From IMG/VR virus record IMGVR_UViG_3300008050_000019: DNA of 24,883 bases. One strand, 5' to 3'. The notes beneath the pieces are model-generated. The model was not told the DNA's origin, searched no databases, and saw only the letters and a list, made by a program, of their open reading frames with translations. Below are positions 23,514 to 24,883 of the stretch, one piece after another (positions within the stretch are counted from its first letter, which is position 1; each line of letters begins with the position of its first letter). Origin of the DNA: a virus. The translations under genes were made by a program, and so were the position numbers.

Positions 23514-24349
23514 CTTACCTTTTGCCCTTCCTCTAGCTCGAACTCATATAGCTCGAGCATGCCGTGATCATGTCTTTGTAGTACTTCCACAAAGATGTCA
23601 CTCTTATTTCGCTCATCACGCGATTTAATATAGTCACCCGGCTTAATATCGCCGACGGTCGTCGTTTTAATGAGTTCTCCCTCATTTGTATATGTATTTA
23701 TACACTCAGAATGTAACAGAGTTTTATTAAAGCCGTACCCAGAAAATGCTGCAACTCTATCGAACAGACTCTCTGCGTCTGCTTTGCGAATTCCTCTTTC
23801 AACTGCGCCCTCGATAAATTGCTTTTCAAGTTTCTTAGCTTCTTCTTTCGCCTTTGACTTTCCAGACATTGACCTTTTTGTGATAACTTTTCTTAGCTTA
23901 TCACAATCGTCAAGATTCAGTCCACCTACAACATGACCAAGCTTCATTAGCTGTTCTTGGAAGATTACGTGACCGAATGTTTCTTCAAGAACCTCTTTAA
24001 CTAAAGGGTGCTCATACTCAACAGACGCTGGATCATTCTTTGCAGTAATGTATGTCTTATCAACCTTTCCTGTCAATGGGCCCGGGCGATAAATCGATGT
24101 TGCCGTTGCAATCTCAACGATATTCTTCGGTTCTAGATTAGAGAAAAACATCTGGGCGCCTTTGGCTGTGCATTGAAAAACACCACCCCAGTTACCTTCT
24201 TTGTAGATTTTATCGTAAACTGTTTTGTCTTGAAGATCTAAAACGTCAGGATGAAGATTGCTTTCGTACCAATTTTTAATGTCATTAAAAGCTGGATCAT
24301 TGATGGGCTCAGCTTTTTTGAGTATAGTTTTCTTTCTTAATTTAACCAC
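23387..24349 (-). CDS. dnaE: DnaE-type (Pol III alpha) polymerase internal fragment (fingers region) fused to a split-intein N-half. The fragment begins at GTG immediately after an in-frame TAA.
   Basis: GGVFQ...IYRPGPL...FGHVIFQEQLMKLG...FSGYGFNK matches DnaE AVFQLES...LFRPGPL...YGIILYQEQVMQIA...FAGYGFNKSH. After ...TLLHSE the sequence CINTYTNEGELIKTTTVGDIKPGDYI...RCTMDHKFRVMDGRML matches the Ssp DnaE-n intein blocks A/B, then a stop. Confidence 0.8.
   Translation of the reverse strand: MVKLRKKTILKKAEPINDPAFNDIKNWYESNLHPDVLDLQDKTVYDKIYKEGNWGGVFQCTAKGAQMFFSNLEPKNIVEIATATSIYRPGPLTGKVDKTYITAKNDPASVEYEHPLVKEVLEETFGHVIFQEQLMKLGHVVGGLNLDDCDKLRKVITKRSMSGKSKAKEEAKKLEKQFIEGAVERGIRKADAESLFDRVAAFSGYGFNKTLLHSECINTYTNEGELIKTTTVGDIKPGDYIKSRDERNKSDIFVEVLQRHDHGMLELYEFELEEGQKVRCTMDHKFRVMDGRMLPMHKIIENDLEIVAGNVGRGEELQIL
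23390..23704 (-). mobile_element. Split intein, N-terminal half (intein-N, 105 aa) of the DnaE intein
   Basis: Begins with Cys (CINTYT). Block B TMDHKF. Length and sequence parallel cyanobacterial DnaE-n split inteins. Terminates with a stop codon rather than continuing into an endonuclease domain. Confidence 0.75.
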
Positions 24350-24360
24350 ATTTTATTTTA

Positions 24361-24690
24361 TCACATTTCGTGGCCGAATTGAATATAAAGTGAAAACAAA
24401 TATAAAATCTCTAAAGGTCTCTTGCGCTCATTCAATACATAATCTCTTAAGGGTTCTTGATTTGAACGTGAAACACGTTCAAGCCACGTAAGATACTGCT
24501 TTAGCTTAGCCTGAGGGAGAACTTGAAGTTTCTCAAAAACTTCATCCCACTCTTCAGGGTGCCTATTAGATTTTGCTTTGACATCATCAATAACAGTCTC
24601 TTGTAAAAGATGGCCAATTAAGCTTCTTAAGTTACTTTCTACAATACAATTTGAAATAGCTTCTCTAAGGAACTTAACTTTAACCAGCAT
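24361..24690 (-). CDS. Truncated paralog of the N-terminal domain of the LRV-repeat protein 15624..17246 (109 aa; possible gene remnant or stand-alone domain protein)
   Basis: MLVKVKFLRE...DDVKAKSNRHPEEWDEVFEKLQVLPQAKLKQYLTWLERVSRSNQEPLRD. About 85% nt identity to 17020..17125 over the core, then it diverges and stops. Confidence 0.45.
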   Translation of the reverse strand: MLVKVKFLREAISNCIVESNLRSLIGHLLQETVIDDVKAKSNRHPEEWDEVFEKLQVLPQAKLKQYLTWLERVSRSNQEPLRDYVLNERKRPLEILYLFSLYIQFGHEM

Positions 24691-24735
24691 TGTCAATAAC
24701 TATTTTCATAGAAAGTTTCTTTCATCTCAGGTTTT

Positions 24736-24883
24736 TCATTTTTCATAAGTTGATTTTAAGCCTTTCATGTTTCCAATCAACAAACAATGAAGTCTAAATT
24801 CTTCTTTGGAAAGTTCTTTGTCATGAATCGAGAACTCCCTGTATTTAACATCCCCATTTTCACAGAAAGTTTCATAAGCTGGA
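24736..24883 (-). CDS. MORN-like family protein, C-terminal part (5'-truncated by the window edge)
   Basis: The minus-strand frame reads ...EEFRLHCLLIGNMKGLKSTYEK*, matching the family C-terminal motif ([DE]FR[IL].CL....KGLE..Y). Confidence 0.5.
   Translation of the reverse strand, partial: PAYETFCENGDVKYREFSIHDKELSKEEFRLHCLLIGNMKGLKSTYEK

Noticed and set aside
24256-24349. A second intein-C half at the N-terminus of the DnaE middle fragment (MVKLRKK... superficially resembles MVKVIGRR of DnaE-c)
   Set aside because: There is no block F/G (no HNF..ANG, no terminal HN). The residue after the candidate terminal Asn is Leu, which cannot act as the +1 nucleophile.

Overview
The window is AT-rich, densely packed, and coded entirely on the minus strand. 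Adjacent genes often overlap by 1-11 nt (ATGA / TAATG junctions), which is typical of a large virulent dsDNA phage (jumbo or T4-like myovirus style). Read 5' to 3' along the minus strand (high to low coordinate), I can support the following.

- **Fractured DnaE polymerase (24349..17274).** A family-C (Pol III alpha / DnaE-type) replicative polymerase is split by a trans-splicing intein of the cyanobacterial DnaE type. Intein-N lies at 23390..23704 and intein-C at 18219..18329. About 5 kb of unrelated genes separate the two halves.
  - A DUF559/Vsr-like gene abuts intein-N and is a candidate homing endonuclease.
  - Also in the gap are a tandem array of six ~70-aa paralogs, several small membrane proteins, and four small MORN-like 'HREDGPA' repeat proteins. 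A fifth MORN-like family member, truncated by the window edge, lies upstream of the locus at 24736..24883.
- **Duplicated N-terminal domain.** A gene for an LRV/HEAT-repeat protein sits just downstream of the polymerase C-piece. Its N-terminal domain is duplicated (~85% nt identity) just upstream of the polymerase middle fragment.
- **Replication gene.** A T4 gp61-like primase (zinc ribbon plus TOPRIM).
- **Nucleotide-metabolism / putative DNA-modification cluster.** It contains:
  - a SAM methyltransferase;
  - two extended-SDR sugar-nucleotide epimerase/dehydratases;
  - a Nudix hydrolase;
  - a thymidylate-kinase-like dNMP kinase, translationally coupled to a thymidylate-synthase-family enzyme. 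That enzyme carries Asp at the Asn177 specificity position (a gapless alignment from memory), which predicts dCMP hydroxymethylase;
  - a DHH-DHHA1 phosphoesterase;
  - a dCMP deaminase.
- **Lysis and other genes.**
  - An endolysin with a peptidoglycan-binding domain and an M15 peptidase.
  - A 596-aa internally duplicated protein with two internal textbook twin-arginine (Tat) motifs.
  - An Fe/Mn-SOD-like protein.

I found no rRNA, tRNA or CRISPR. Plus-strand ORFs look like antisense shadows. All family assignments rest on motifs read by eye from the translations. No database searches were run.
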